Positions 47,814 through 56,939 of a stretch of DNA of 64,000 bases are shown here, piece by piece (position 1 is the stretch's first letter; each line of letters starts with the position of its first letter). Origin of the DNA: an uncultured Bacteroidales bacterium (GTDB lineage Bacteria; Bacteroidota; Bacteroidia; Bacteroidales; WCHB1-69); the NCBI GenBank assembly GCA_905233585.1, contig CAJOFD010000007.1, positions 6,684-70,683 of the forward strand, written 5' to 3'. A program made the position numbers and the translations under genes. The notes under the pieces are model-generated. The model saw only the letters and a program-made list of their open reading frames with translations, had not been told where the DNA came from and did not search any database.

Positions 47814-48410
47814 CTAAAATTGATAGGCAACATAAAACAATAGAGCGTTGCTCCACATATAAGTTTGCACTTTTTTAGCATTTCTTACTATTGCGTTCAC
47901 TCCTATTGGAGACAAAGCATAATTGAATCGCCCTCCAAGAATAAATTTTTCTTTTATCGCATAATGCAAACCTGCTATTCCCCCTAAATCACAAAAATAA
48001 AAACGATTCATGTCTTCTATTTTGTCTTTATGCAAATATTCATTCGCAGACACCAACATATCAAAAGACAAACCCAAATCAATATGCAAGCCTTTCCAAC
48101 AATTCCACATCAAAAGTAACGGCATTTCTATCTGATGCGTACTTATTTTGTATTGAATAGCATTGTTTCTGCTGCCTTTTTGTGCATAATTGAGTTCTAA
48201 TTGCAACACAAGAGGCACTTTTTCAAAAGGATAATTGACAAAACCACCGACAAACAAACCTGCTTTTTTGTAACCACTATGTTCATCTCCATCAACTTGT
48301 GTGGCCAATAAACCCACTTGTACTCCCCCTTTGAATTTTTGAGAAAATCCAATCAAAGAAATATTGACAAGCAAAAATAAAATTAATACTTTGTTGATGG
48401 CAATATTCAT
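47814..48410 (-). CDS. Small outer-membrane beta-barrel (porin-family/PorT-like) protein
   Basis: 198 aa with a signal peptide, alternating strands and a C-terminal ..FYVAYQF. Confidence 0.55.
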   Translation of the reverse strand: MNIAINKVLILFLLVNISLIGFSQKFKGGVQVGLLATQVDGDEHSGYKKAGLFVGGFVNYPFEKVPLVLQLELNYAQKGSRNNAIQYKISTHQIEMPLLLMWNCWKGLHIDLGLSFDMLVSANEYLHKDKIEDMNRFYFCDLGGIAGLHYAIKEKFILGGRFNYALSPIGVNAIVRNAKKVQTYMWSNALLFYVAYQF

Positions 48411-49687
48411 TTCATCAAATCTTTTCCAATATCACGGCGGAAATAAACTTTATCAAAAACAACCTTTTGGGCATTTCTATTGGATATGGCAAGAGCCTCT
48501 TCTATGTTTTTCCCATAAGAAGTAATTGTCAAAACCCGACCGCCATTGGTTACAATTGTATTATTGTCGGCATTTTTTGTTCCGGCATGAAAAATTATAC
48601 TGTCTTTTACATTCTCAAAACCGGTTATTTCTTTGCCTTTTTCATATTTTTCAGGATACCCGCCCGACACCAACATAATAGTTGCGACAAAACGTTCATC
48701 TATTTGTACCTTTGCTTCATGCAATCTTTTTTGTCCGCACAAAACAAACAAATCCACCAAATCGTTTTTCAATCTTGGCATAACAGATTCTGTTTCAGGG
48801 TCTCCCATGCGAACATTGTATTCTATTACGTATGGATTGCCCTGCACATTCATCAACCCGAAAAATATAAAACCACAATAATCAATATTTTCTTTTTGCA
48901 ATCCTGCAATTGTTGGTCGAATGATACGCTGTTCCACTTTTTGCATGAAATAATCATCGGCAAAAGGCACAGGAGAAACAGAACCCATGCCACCCGTATT
49001 AAGACCGGTATCGCCTTCGCCAATACGCTTATAATCTTTAGCAGAAGGAAGCACAACATACGAACTGCCATCTGTAAGCACAAAAACAGACATTTCTATT
49101 CCTGCCAAAAATTCTTCTATCAATACTTTATCGGTAGCATTCCCAAATTTATTGTCAAAAAACATCGCATGCAAATCCTCTTTTGCCTTTTGCAAATTTG
49201 GGGAAATAATAACACCTTTGCCCGCAGCCAATCCATCTGCTTTTAATACGTATGGAGCCTGTAATGTCTGCATAAATGCTACGGCATCATCATATTGTTG
49301 CTTTGTAAAAGTTGCATATTGAGCGGTTGGAATTTGGTATTTTCGCATAAATTGTTTGGCAAAATCTTTGCTGCCCTCCAATTGAGCCCCTTTTTCATTA
49401 GGTCCAATCACAACAACATGTTTTGTTGCCTCGCAAGTCTGTATTATATCTGCAAGTCCTTCTACCAAAGGTTGTTCCGGACCAACAACAAGCATATCTA
49501 TTTTATTATTGATGAGAAAATCCTTAATCGCCTCAACATCATTGTCTGCAATAGGCACATTTGTTCCACACAAAGCGGTTCCCGCATTACCGGGGGCTAT
49601 ATATAAAGTTTCACATTGCTGACTTTGAGTTAATTTCCATGCCAAAGCATGTTCGCGACCACCTGAGCCTAAAAGCATTATTTTCAT
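48407..49687 (-). CDS. purD: Phosphoribosylamine-glycine ligase
   Basis: Family motifs are MKIMLLGSGGREHALAWKL, VLKADGLAAGKGV, EFNVRMGDPETE-type (EYNVRMGDPETESV) and VTNGGRVL. Confidence 0.95.
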   Translation of the reverse strand: MKIMLLGSGGREHALAWKLTQSQQCETLYIAPGNAGTALCGTNVPIADNDVEAIKDFLINNKIDMLVVGPEQPLVEGLADIIQTCEATKHVVVIGPNEKGAQLEGSKDFAKQFMRKYQIPTAQYATFTKQQYDDAVAFMQTLQAPYVLKADGLAAGKGVIISPNLQKAKEDLHAMFFDNKFGNATDKVLIEEFLAGIEMSVFVLTDGSSYVVLPSAKDYKRIGEGDTGLNTGGMGSVSPVPFADDYFMQKVEQRIIRPTIAGLQKENIDYCGFIFFGLMNVQGNPYVIEYNVRMGDPETESVMPRLKNDLVDLFVLCGQKRLHEAKVQIDERFVATIMLVSGGYPEKYEKGKEITGFENVKDSIIFHAGTKNADNNTIVTNGGRVLTITSYGKNIEEALAISNRNAQKVVFDKVYFRRDIGKDLMK

Positions 49688-49707
49688 ATTTATCTATTTT
49701 TTTATTG

Positions 49708-49715
49708 CAAAGATA
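49708..49715 (-). promoter_or_regulatory. Bacteroidetes -7 promoter box (TATCTTTG) for purD
   Basis: The plus strand reads caaagata. It lies 21 nt upstream of the ATG at 49687 and is divergent from the box at 49750. Confidence 0.5.
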
Positions 49716-49749
49716 GCACAAAAAATTTAAAGTATTGGAGATTTTATGT

Positions 49750-49757
49750 TATCTTTG
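49750..49757 (+). promoter_or_regulatory. Bacteroidetes -7 promoter box (TATCTTTG)
   Basis: It lies 20 nt upstream of the ATG at 49777. Confidence 0.5.
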
Positions 49758-49776
49758 CGAAATATAACTCATATCC

Positions 49777-50712
49777 ATGGAAAAAACAAAAATAATCAAA
49801 AGAATTCCCCGTAGATTGATTCGCAAAGAATTGACAAACGAACATTTGATTTGTAAAACCAATCATGGTGGTAATATTGTCTATCGGATTAACAATTTTG
49901 ATGCTCCCAATACGATGCAAGAAATCGGACGCTTGCGTGAAATTGCCTTCCGCAACGCGGGTGGAGGTACAGGACAAGCCGTCGATATTGACGAATACGA
50001 TATTTGCAATCCTCCTTTTGAACAATTGTTGGTATGGAACCCTTTGGCAAGAGAAATTGTCAGCAGTTACAGATATATTTTAGGCAAAAACATTAGAGTA
50101 GATAACAATAACAATGTACAATCGCCTGTAGGTGAATTGTTTCACTTTTCCGAAAAATTTATACAAGAATATTTGCCCAAATCCATTGAATTGGGAAGAA
50201 GTTTTGTTCAACCCAAATACCAGGCCTCTCGCAAAGGAATTTTTGCTTTGGATAACATTTGGGACGGACTGGGAGCCTTGCTTTGCATGTCTCCCGAAAT
50301 TGAATATTTCTATGGAAAAATGACCATGTACAAATCCTACAACAAATTGGCAAGAGATTTGATTCTCTTTTTCTTGCAAAAACATTTTTCTCCAAAAGAA
50401 AATCTTATTCAACCCATAAAACCTTTGAATTTGTATCACAAAAAAAATCTTTTGGCTTCTATACTTCTTGCCGATAAATTTGAAGATGACTACAAGATTT
50501 TGGTGAGAGAAACCAACAATTTGCAGTGTAAAATACCGCCTTTGGTAAATATTTATATGGGATTGTCTCCAACTATGCAATTTTTTGGGACCTCTGACAA
50601 TGAAGAATTTGGAGATGTAGAAGAATCTACCATACTTATCAGTATTAAAGATATTTATCCCATAAAAAAAGAACGACATATCAATTGTTTTAAACAACAA
50701 AACGAACAATAA
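49777..50712 (+). CDS. GNAT-type N-acyltransferase (OlsB/GlsB-like, N-acyl amino-acid lipid synthesis)
   Basis: 311 aa. RLREIAFRNAGGGTGQAVDIDEYD and the following pattern resemble the OlsB-like Acetyltransf_5 family. Confidence 0.55.
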   Translation: MEKTKIIKRIPRRLIRKELTNEHLICKTNHGGNIVYRINNFDAPNTMQEIGRLREIAFRNAGGGTGQAVDIDEYDICNPPFEQLLVWNPLAREIVSSYRYILGKNIRVDNNNNVQSPVGELFHFSEKFIQEYLPKSIELGRSFVQPKYQASRKGIFALDNIWDGLGALLCMSPEIEYFYGKMTMYKSYNKLARDLILFFLQKHFSPKENLIQPIKPLNLYHKKNLLASILLADKFEDDYKILVRETNNLQCKIPPLVNIYMGLSPTMQFFGTSDNEEFGDVEESTILISIKDIYPIKKERHINCFKQQNEQ

Positions 50713-50714
50713 AT

Positions 50715-51320
50715 ATGCAAATACGGAGCACTCAGTTTGTCAAAAGCAGTCAAACATATTCGGCTTGTCCTCAAGCCAATATGCCGGAATATGCTTTTAT
50801 TGGAAGGTCTAATGTCGGCAAATCTTCCTGTATCAATATGCTGACCAATCATGGCAATTTGGCAAAAATATCGTCCAAACCCGGCAAAACCCAACTTATC
50901 AATCATTTTATTATCAACAATGAATGGTACTTGGTCGATTTACCCGGATACGGCTATGCAAAAACAGCAAAAAACATTAGAGAAGGCTTTGCTCCGATGA
51001 TTTCGGACTATATTCTCCACCGACCTAATTTGGCATGCATTTTCGTATTGATAGACAGTAGATTAAATCCACAAAAAATAGATTTGGACTTTCTGTTTAA
51101 ATTGGGGGAAAACGAAATTCCTTTTGCCCTTATTTTTACCAAATCCGATAAACTCAGTGCAAAAAAAACAAATGAAAACATTCAATTGTTTTTACAAACC
51201 ATTGAAGAATACTGGGAAACCTTACCCCCTTATTTTGTATCCTCTGCTGTAACCAAAGCGGGAAGAGAAGAAATTTTAAATTTTATTGAACAAACAAATC
51301 TTGAATTAAAGAACCTTTAG
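50715..51320 (+). CDS. engB: Ribosome-biogenesis GTPase YihA/EngB
   Basis: It has G1 GRSNVGKSS, DLPGYGYA and TKSDK. Confidence 0.9.
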   Translation: MQIRSTQFVKSSQTYSACPQANMPEYAFIGRSNVGKSSCINMLTNHGNLAKISSKPGKTQLINHFIINNEWYLVDLPGYGYAKTAKNIREGFAPMISDYILHRPNLACIFVLIDSRLNPQKIDLDFLFKLGENEIPFALIFTKSDKLSAKKTNENIQLFLQTIEEYWETLPPYFVSSAVTKAGREEILNFIEQTNLELKNL

Positions 51321-51324
51321 CACA

Positions 51325-53049
51325 ATGAATAAGTATTACTTTTTGAACAAAAAATTTTTTATCTATTTGTTTATCATTGTTTTGTCTATTGAGTCAGGAT
51401 GGACTCAAACTCCTGCCAAATATTGGATAGCTTTCAAAGACAAAAAAAATTCATCTTATAGTATCAATCGCCCATATGAATTTTTATCCCAACGGGCCAT
51501 AGAAAAAAGACAACGCTTCAACATTCCCATAACCGAAGAAGATTTGCCCGTTAACAAAAACTATATTGACCAAATCTTAAATATTGACACAACAATCATT
51601 CTCTTTACACAATCAAAATGGATGAATGGCATTACTGTTTATTGTAAAGACTCTGCTGCCTTACAAAAAATAAAAGCCCTGCCTTTTGTCAAACAATGCG
51701 AATGCAACAGCAAAACAAAACAAGAAGAAAAGCCATATTCTCAAATATATGCCTATCAACCCAATGGCAATGAAAACATTTCTCCTATTGATTACAAAAA
51801 TATAAAATACGGCAAAGCAAACCCTCAAATACGGACAAACAATATACATTGGCTACATCGAATGGGATTTTTAGGTCAAGGTATTGTTATGTCTGTACAA
51901 GACGGTGGTTTTCACAATGTGGATTCTATTCCGCATTTTAGAAAACTCATTACCGAAAATCGGCTTTTGGGAGTACGTAATTTTGTACAACCCGACATCA
52001 ACCCTATGCGTGCCCATAGTCATGGCACAATGGTATTGTCTTGCATCGCCTCTTATTTACCCGACACACTTGTCGGGACGGCTCCTTTGGTTGCTGTCTA
52101 TCTTGCCCAAACAGAAGACGGGCGTTCTGAATATCCTATCGAAGAAGACAATTGGATAGCAGGATTGGAATGGGCTGATAGTCTTGGCTGTGATGTTGTC
52201 AATTCTTCTTTGGGATATACTCATTTTGAAGATACATCATTCAACCATCGCCACGAATATTTAACAGGAGAATATACTCGTGTTTCCAAGGCTGCAAACA
52301 AGGCTGCCCAAAAAGGAATTGTAGTTTGCAACAGTGCTGGCAACGAAGGTCAGGGTACATGGCACTATATAGGCTTTCCTGCCGATGCAAAAAACATATT
52401 GACCGTTGGCAGTGTACAACCCGACAAGAGAAAATCTGCTTTCAGCTCCTTTGGATACCACGCAAGCGGAAACATCAAACCTGACGCATGTGCCGTAGGC
52501 AGTTTCACGTGGGTGGGAATGCCTAACGGAAAAACGGCTTTCAGTTTCGGCACTTCTTTTTCCTCCCCATTGTTGGCAGGAATGGTGGCCTGCTTGTGGC
52601 AATCCTGTCCCGACAAAACACCTTTGGAAATTATCGAAGCCATACACAAAAGCGGAAGCCAATACTCAAAACCTGACGAGGCTCTCGGATATGGTATCAC
52701 CGACTTTTTCAAAGCCTACAATCTGCTTAAAAATAACGGCGGTGATATTGTCCTGAATAATGAAAAAAAAATATTATTGGCCGTAAATATGCCCGATTTT
52801 GTCGTCAAAAACGGAAAATTGACACTCGGCATTTCGTCCCAATGCAAATCAAATATAACTATCCGCATTGAAAATGAAAACAAACAACTAATTTTAGAAA
52901 AAAAGATAAAAGCAAACACAAAAGCAAGAAACATAAAACTAAAAAATATTTCTCTGCTTAATGCCTCGGCAGAATATGCTTTAGGAACAATGACATTCTT
53001 CGCCAACGAACAAAAAGTATTTGTTTATACCATTGGAGAAGAACGATAA
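51325..53049 (+). CDS. Secreted subtilisin-like (S8) serine peptidase
   Basis: It has a signal peptide and the catalytic triad contexts VQDGGF (Asp), HGTMVLS (His) and GTSFSSP (Ser). Confidence 0.85.
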   Translation: MNKYYFLNKKFFIYLFIIVLSIESGWTQTPAKYWIAFKDKKNSSYSINRPYEFLSQRAIEKRQRFNIPITEEDLPVNKNYIDQILNIDTTIILFTQSKWMNGITVYCKDSAALQKIKALPFVKQCECNSKTKQEEKPYSQIYAYQPNGNENISPIDYKNIKYGKANPQIRTNNIHWLHRMGFLGQGIVMSVQDGGFHNVDSIPHFRKLITENRLLGVRNFVQPDINPMRAHSHGTMVLSCIASYLPDTLVGTAPLVAVYLAQTEDGRSEYPIEEDNWIAGLEWADSLGCDVVNSSLGYTHFEDTSFNHRHEYLTGEYTRVSKAANKAAQKGIVVCNSAGNEGQGTWHYIGFPADAKNILTVGSVQPDKRKSAFSSFGYHASGNIKPDACAVGSFTWVGMPNGKTAFSFGTSFSSPLLAGMVACLWQSCPDKTPLEIIEAIHKSGSQYSKPDEALGYGITDFFKAYNLLKNNGGDIVLNNEKKILLAVNMPDFVVKNGKLTLGISSQCKSNITIRIENENKQLILEKKIKANTKARNIKLKNISLLNASAEYALGTMTFFANEQKVFVYTIGEER

Positions 53050-53110
53050 AATACAATAAATTAAGGATTTTTGCGTTATATTTATATATAGTTATTTCAA
53101 AAATAAACCT

Positions 53111-53557
53111 ATGGAAATATTAACAATATGGCAAATTTGGCTTATCATAGCCTTAATAACTTTTATTATTGAAATTTTTTCCAATACCTTTGTTTTCTTG
53201 TGCTTTTGTTTGGGTAGTCTTTGTTCCGCATTATCAGTGGCTTTTACAGACAACCTGATTATTCAACTTGTCGTTTTCGCTGTTGTTACTCTCATCAGTT
53301 TGTTTTTTATTCGTCCCTTGATGAAAAAAGTGTTTTTCAAACATAGTGATAATCAAAAACTCAATATTGAGGCTTTGGAAGGAAAAACAGGAAGAGTATT
53401 GGAAGAAATTAATCCGCAAAAAAACAGCGGACGCGTTTTGGTTTATGGCGATGATTGGAAAGCAGTGAGCGAAGACCAATCCGTTATTGCCGTAGACAGT
53501 CAGATAGAAGTTGTAAAAGTGGATTGTAATATACTAATTGTCAAACAAATAAAATAA
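53111..53557 (+). CDS. NfeD-family membrane protein
   Basis: 148 aa with N-terminal TM helices and a C-terminal OB-like GRVLVYGDDWKAV. It lies upstream of an SPFH gene, the usual pairing. Confidence 0.8.
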   Translation: MEILTIWQIWLIIALITFIIEIFSNTFVFLCFCLGSLCSALSVAFTDNLIIQLVVFAVVTLISLFFIRPLMKKVFFKHSDNQKLNIEALEGKTGRVLEEINPQKNSGRVLVYGDDWKAVSEDQSVIAVDSQIEVVKVDCNILIVKQIK

Positions 53558-53563
53558 ATAATC

Positions 53564-54544
53564 ATGAGTTTAATTATAGGTATTCTTATTGCCATTGTGG
53601 CTATTGCTTTTGTAAGTGCCGGTGTACGCATTGTTCAACAATCTGAAACTGTTATTATCGAAAGATTAGGAAAATATCATCGCACTTTGCAAGCAGGGAT
53701 TAATATCATTATCCCGATTATTGACAAACCGAGAAATATCATTTGGAGATATACTCGCGAAGGTGTAAACGGAAGGTCATACGTGCTAAAAAAAGAAGTG
53801 AGCAAAATAGATTTAAGAGAAACCGTTTACGATTTCCCAAAACAAAACGTTATCACCAAAGATAATGTTGTTACAGAAATCAATGCAATATTGTATTTTC
53901 AGGTAATGGATCCCGTAAAAGCCGTTTACGAAATCTCCAATTTGCCTGACGCTATCGAAAAATTGACCCAAACAACATTGAGAAATGTTATCGGGGATAT
54001 GAACTTGGACGAAACCCTCACCTCCCGTGATACCATCAACAGCAAATTGCGTTCCGTGCTTGACGATGCTTCCCACAAATGGGGTGTAAAAGTCAATCGT
54101 GTTGAATTACAGGATATCAATCCCCCTCACGACATTAGGGACGCTATGGAAAAACAAATGCGTGCCGAAAGAGACAAACGTGCCAAAATATTGGAAGCAG
54201 AAGCAGAAAAACAAGCACAGATATTGGAGTCAGAAGGGTGGAAAACCGCTCTTATCAACAAAGCAGAAGCGGAAAAACAGTCTCAAATACTCCGTGCAGA
54301 AGGTGATGCACAAGCAAGAATACGCACCGCTGAAGGTGAAGCACAAGCGATTCACAATATCACCGCTGCTATTGCAGATACAGAATCCGACCCCGTAAAA
54401 TATATGGTTGCCATCAGATATATTGACACCCTCAAAACTATGGTGGACGGAAAAGAAAACAAAACCATCTATATGCCTTACGAAGCAACAGGAGTTTTGG
54501 GCTCACTTGGCGGTATAAAAGATTTATTTCAAGCAACAAAATAA
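53564..54544 (+). CDS. SPFH/band-7 (stomatin-like) protein
   Basis: It has an N-terminal TM segment, the family pattern VRIVQQSETVIIERLGKYHRTL..TKDNV..LRNVIG, and an AEAEKQ-rich coiled coil. Confidence 0.88.
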   Translation: MSLIIGILIAIVAIAFVSAGVRIVQQSETVIIERLGKYHRTLQAGINIIIPIIDKPRNIIWRYTREGVNGRSYVLKKEVSKIDLRETVYDFPKQNVITKDNVVTEINAILYFQVMDPVKAVYEISNLPDAIEKLTQTTLRNVIGDMNLDETLTSRDTINSKLRSVLDDASHKWGVKVNRVELQDINPPHDIRDAMEKQMRAERDKRAKILEAEAEKQAQILESEGWKTALINKAEAEKQSQILRAEGDAQARIRTAEGEAQAIHNITAAIADTESDPVKYMVAIRYIDTLKTMVDGKENKTIYMPYEATGVLGSLGGIKDLFQATK

Positions 54545-54582
54545 CTGAAAATATAAATCTTTTTGATTTTTCTTCATTTTTG

Positions 54583-54615
54583 CTGCCTTATTTATATAAG
54601 GCAGTTTTTTATTTT
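54583..54615 (+). terminator. Rho-independent terminator after the SPFH gene
   Basis: The stem is ctgcctta / taaggcag with loop tttata, followed by ttttttatttt. Confidence 0.7.
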
Positions 54616-54971
54616 CCGAGATTTTTCAACGAAGAGAATAAATATTTTCGGACACACTGATGAGTGTCCTTACAAAATACAAATACGACTCCTTAGACAG
54701 CCCTACAAATATATTTCAAAAATTCTCCATTGAATAGAAGGGCTGTGGGGAAGGTCAATGCTCAATACAATGAGACATAGCACGGCACACAACGTCTTCA
54801 CAGAATATCCTCAACCAAAATTTCTCCTCTCATCTGTGATGGCACCTTTTCAAGAGGGGGATTTGACTTTCGGACGCACGCGGGGCATTATTTGGCTTTG
54901 CCAAATTTGCAGCGTGTCTCGGAATAGGTTAAACAAGTTTAACCTCAATTCTCAACTCTCATGTCCTCTTG

Positions 54972-55011
54972 CAAAAAACAAGCGAGAACCTCCTGAAAAG
55001 AAGTTCTCGCT
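54972..55011 (-). terminator. Rho-independent terminator of the T9SS-cargo gene
   Basis: The stem is agcgagaac / gttctcgct (54981-54989 / 55003-55011). The A-run at 54973-54978 is a T-run on the minus strand. It lies 26 nt downstream of the stop at 55037. Confidence 0.7.
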
Positions 55012-55036
55012 GAAAAATCATAGATTTTTTTTACGC

Positions 55037-56782
55037 TTATCTTGCAATGGAAATTTTCTGTGTTTGAACTTTTCCGTTTTGACTTACTCTTAACATATAG
55101 ATACCTGCTGTCAAATCATCTACTGCAATGGTAGAAGTTTGTTCGGTAAGGGTGGTTGTCTTTACTGCTTGACCTATCAAGTTGTACAAAGTTGCAACAG
55201 CAACTCCGTTTTCTCCTAAACGAACATTGATTTGATCTTTTGCAGGATTCGGATAGATGGCAATAGAAGAAACGCTTGCTTCATTTATTCCTGATGGACT
55301 TGTTGAAATAAAATATCCGGTAAATGTTGTAGGTTCATGTACTTCTACGGTTCTTGGATTTGTAGTATCCATGTCATTCCAATGGTCAAATTTGTACCCT
55401 GTATTTGGAACAGCTTTGATAGTTGCCATAGGATCTGCTGTTGTAGGATATTTTACAACTCCGCATTTTCCCATATTTGTATCTGCTGTTTCTGCTTTTA
55501 TCTCTATAATAGCATCTGAACCTACAGAAACCTTAAAAGCAAACATCGGCATAATATAGTGGTATGGAACGTATGCACCACTCCAGAAACTAGAAGCATA
55601 ATTCGAATAACTATATCTTATATCTCTATGTTCTGCGCATTTGGAGTTAACACCTTCACCATTGTCAAGAGTTCTTATATAACCTTGTGTATTTGCCGTC
55701 AAATGACAATAAGGTATTTCCATATTATTGAAATAACATGTGTCATATATCCATTTCTTTTGGTCTATATTCCATGCTTTCTTTTCAATAGTGTCATTCA
55801 AATCATATTGATAACCCGGCAAAAATTCCATCATAAACGAAACAACATAGCCTGCTTCCACTTCAAAAGGTTCTGCCATATTTAATATACGACCTCTATA
55901 TCCCGTATATCCCAACTCAGAATAAGTGGTGTCTGTTCTTGTATTGAGAATATAGTCATACACTTTCATCGGTTTAACTATTGCTTTGGGTCTTGTGGAA
56001 ACACCTTTTGCATTAGCAGGGTCGGCTATACGCTGCCAACCTGGAGTTACCATTTTTACACCGGCATATTCTCCGCTTGAATAATAAGCACTTACATAAT
56101 CCCAATCTGCACTTCCGCTTCCTGGACGCATACCAGGTCTTTTATTCGCTACATCGTATGCACTATATTGCATCATATACACTCTCAAAGTATCAGGATT
56201 ATCATTTACGGTATTATTATATATACCAGCACGATAACGCATATAAAGTGTAAGAGAGTCTATTCTGTAATTTAACAACTTATCATTAGAGTTACCTGCT
56301 TCTTCATAAAACAATTGTTCGTCAAACATAGCACTGAATGCTTTTGAATAGGGGTCAAAAGTATAACCTATTTTTGAAAAAGTAGGTCTTTCTATAATAC
56401 AAGAATCTCCTCCTGTTGAAGCGGGAAGACCAGGAAATGTTCTCTGAGCAAGAACTATACTATCCGGAAAAATTTCTACGCTACCGCCATCCCATTTCAA
56501 ACTGTCTTCACTTGCGTAATTGACAGCATACTGCCAAGAACCCATCCATCCAAATGGAGTATAGGTGGATTTGTGTACAAATTTTTTGTCCAAATAATTG
56601 GCATAAGGGTTAGCCACTACAGCCGTAGGAGCGTCAAGTACTGCTTTTGCTTGAGCGGCAGCAGAATAAGACGGAGCCGGCAAAGGCATAATTGTAGATT
56701 GTGATGCGTTTTGCGGCTGTGCATTCAAAACCACAACACCGGCAATCACGGTAATCAACGATAATATCTTTTTCATTTTCAT
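55037..56782 (-). CDS. Secreted protein with a Listeria-Bacteroides-type repeat and a T9SS C-terminal sorting domain
   Basis: It has a signal peptide and GYKFDHWND..FTGYF. The C-terminal IYPNPAKDQINVRL....AGIYMLRVSQNGKVQTQKISI is typical of the Por secretion tail. Confidence 0.8.
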   Translation of the reverse strand: MKMKKILSLITVIAGVVVLNAQPQNASQSTIMPLPAPSYSAAAQAKAVLDAPTAVVANPYANYLDKKFVHKSTYTPFGWMGSWQYAVNYASEDSLKWDGGSVEIFPDSIVLAQRTFPGLPASTGGDSCIIERPTFSKIGYTFDPYSKAFSAMFDEQLFYEEAGNSNDKLLNYRIDSLTLYMRYRAGIYNNTVNDNPDTLRVYMMQYSAYDVANKRPGMRPGSGSADWDYVSAYYSSGEYAGVKMVTPGWQRIADPANAKGVSTRPKAIVKPMKVYDYILNTRTDTTYSELGYTGYRGRILNMAEPFEVEAGYVVSFMMEFLPGYQYDLNDTIEKKAWNIDQKKWIYDTCYFNNMEIPYCHLTANTQGYIRTLDNGEGVNSKCAEHRDIRYSYSNYASSFWSGAYVPYHYIMPMFAFKVSVGSDAIIEIKAETADTNMGKCGVVKYPTTADPMATIKAVPNTGYKFDHWNDMDTTNPRTVEVHEPTTFTGYFISTSPSGINEASVSSIAIYPNPAKDQINVRLGENGVAVATLYNLIGQAVKTTTLTEQTSTIAVDDLTAGIYMLRVSQNGKVQTQKISIAR

Positions 56783-56855
56783 TTTATAATTTTAAATTAT
56801 TTAACAATATTATTTCTTTTTCTATTGCACAAAATATGCTATAGATTTCATTTGG

Positions 56856-56863
56856 CAAAGATA
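56856..56863 (-). promoter_or_regulatory. Bacteroidetes -7 promoter box (TATCTTTG)
   Basis: The plus strand reads caaagata. It lies 74 nt upstream of the ATG at 56782. Confidence 0.4.
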
Positions 56864-56939
56864 CTGAAAAAAAAGACATATCTTTATGTTATTTTCGAAA
56901 AATTTTTTATTTTTTTTGCAAATTTCACTAACTAATTGA

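Noticed and set aside
48467-49246. 259-aa plus-strand ORF
   Set aside because: It is antisense to purD, which is unambiguous, and it has no motifs.
50080-50709. 209-aa minus-strand ORF
   Set aside because: It is antisense to the OlsB-like acyltransferase gene. Its Phe/Ile/Lys-rich composition is typical of AT-rich shadow frames.
54650-54669. CUGAUGA string (hammerhead ribozyme core-like) in ggacacaCTGATGAgtgtcc
   Set aside because: The CUGAUGA sits in the loop of a simple 6-bp hairpin. There is no GAAA, no stem II/III arrangement and no cleavage-site context, so it is not a hammerhead.
54758-55093. 111-aa plus-strand ORF in the structured intergenic region
   Set aside because: It reads through a minus-strand terminator and into the 3' end of the T9SS-cargo gene. 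It has no start context or motif, so the region is treated as non-coding (see finding).
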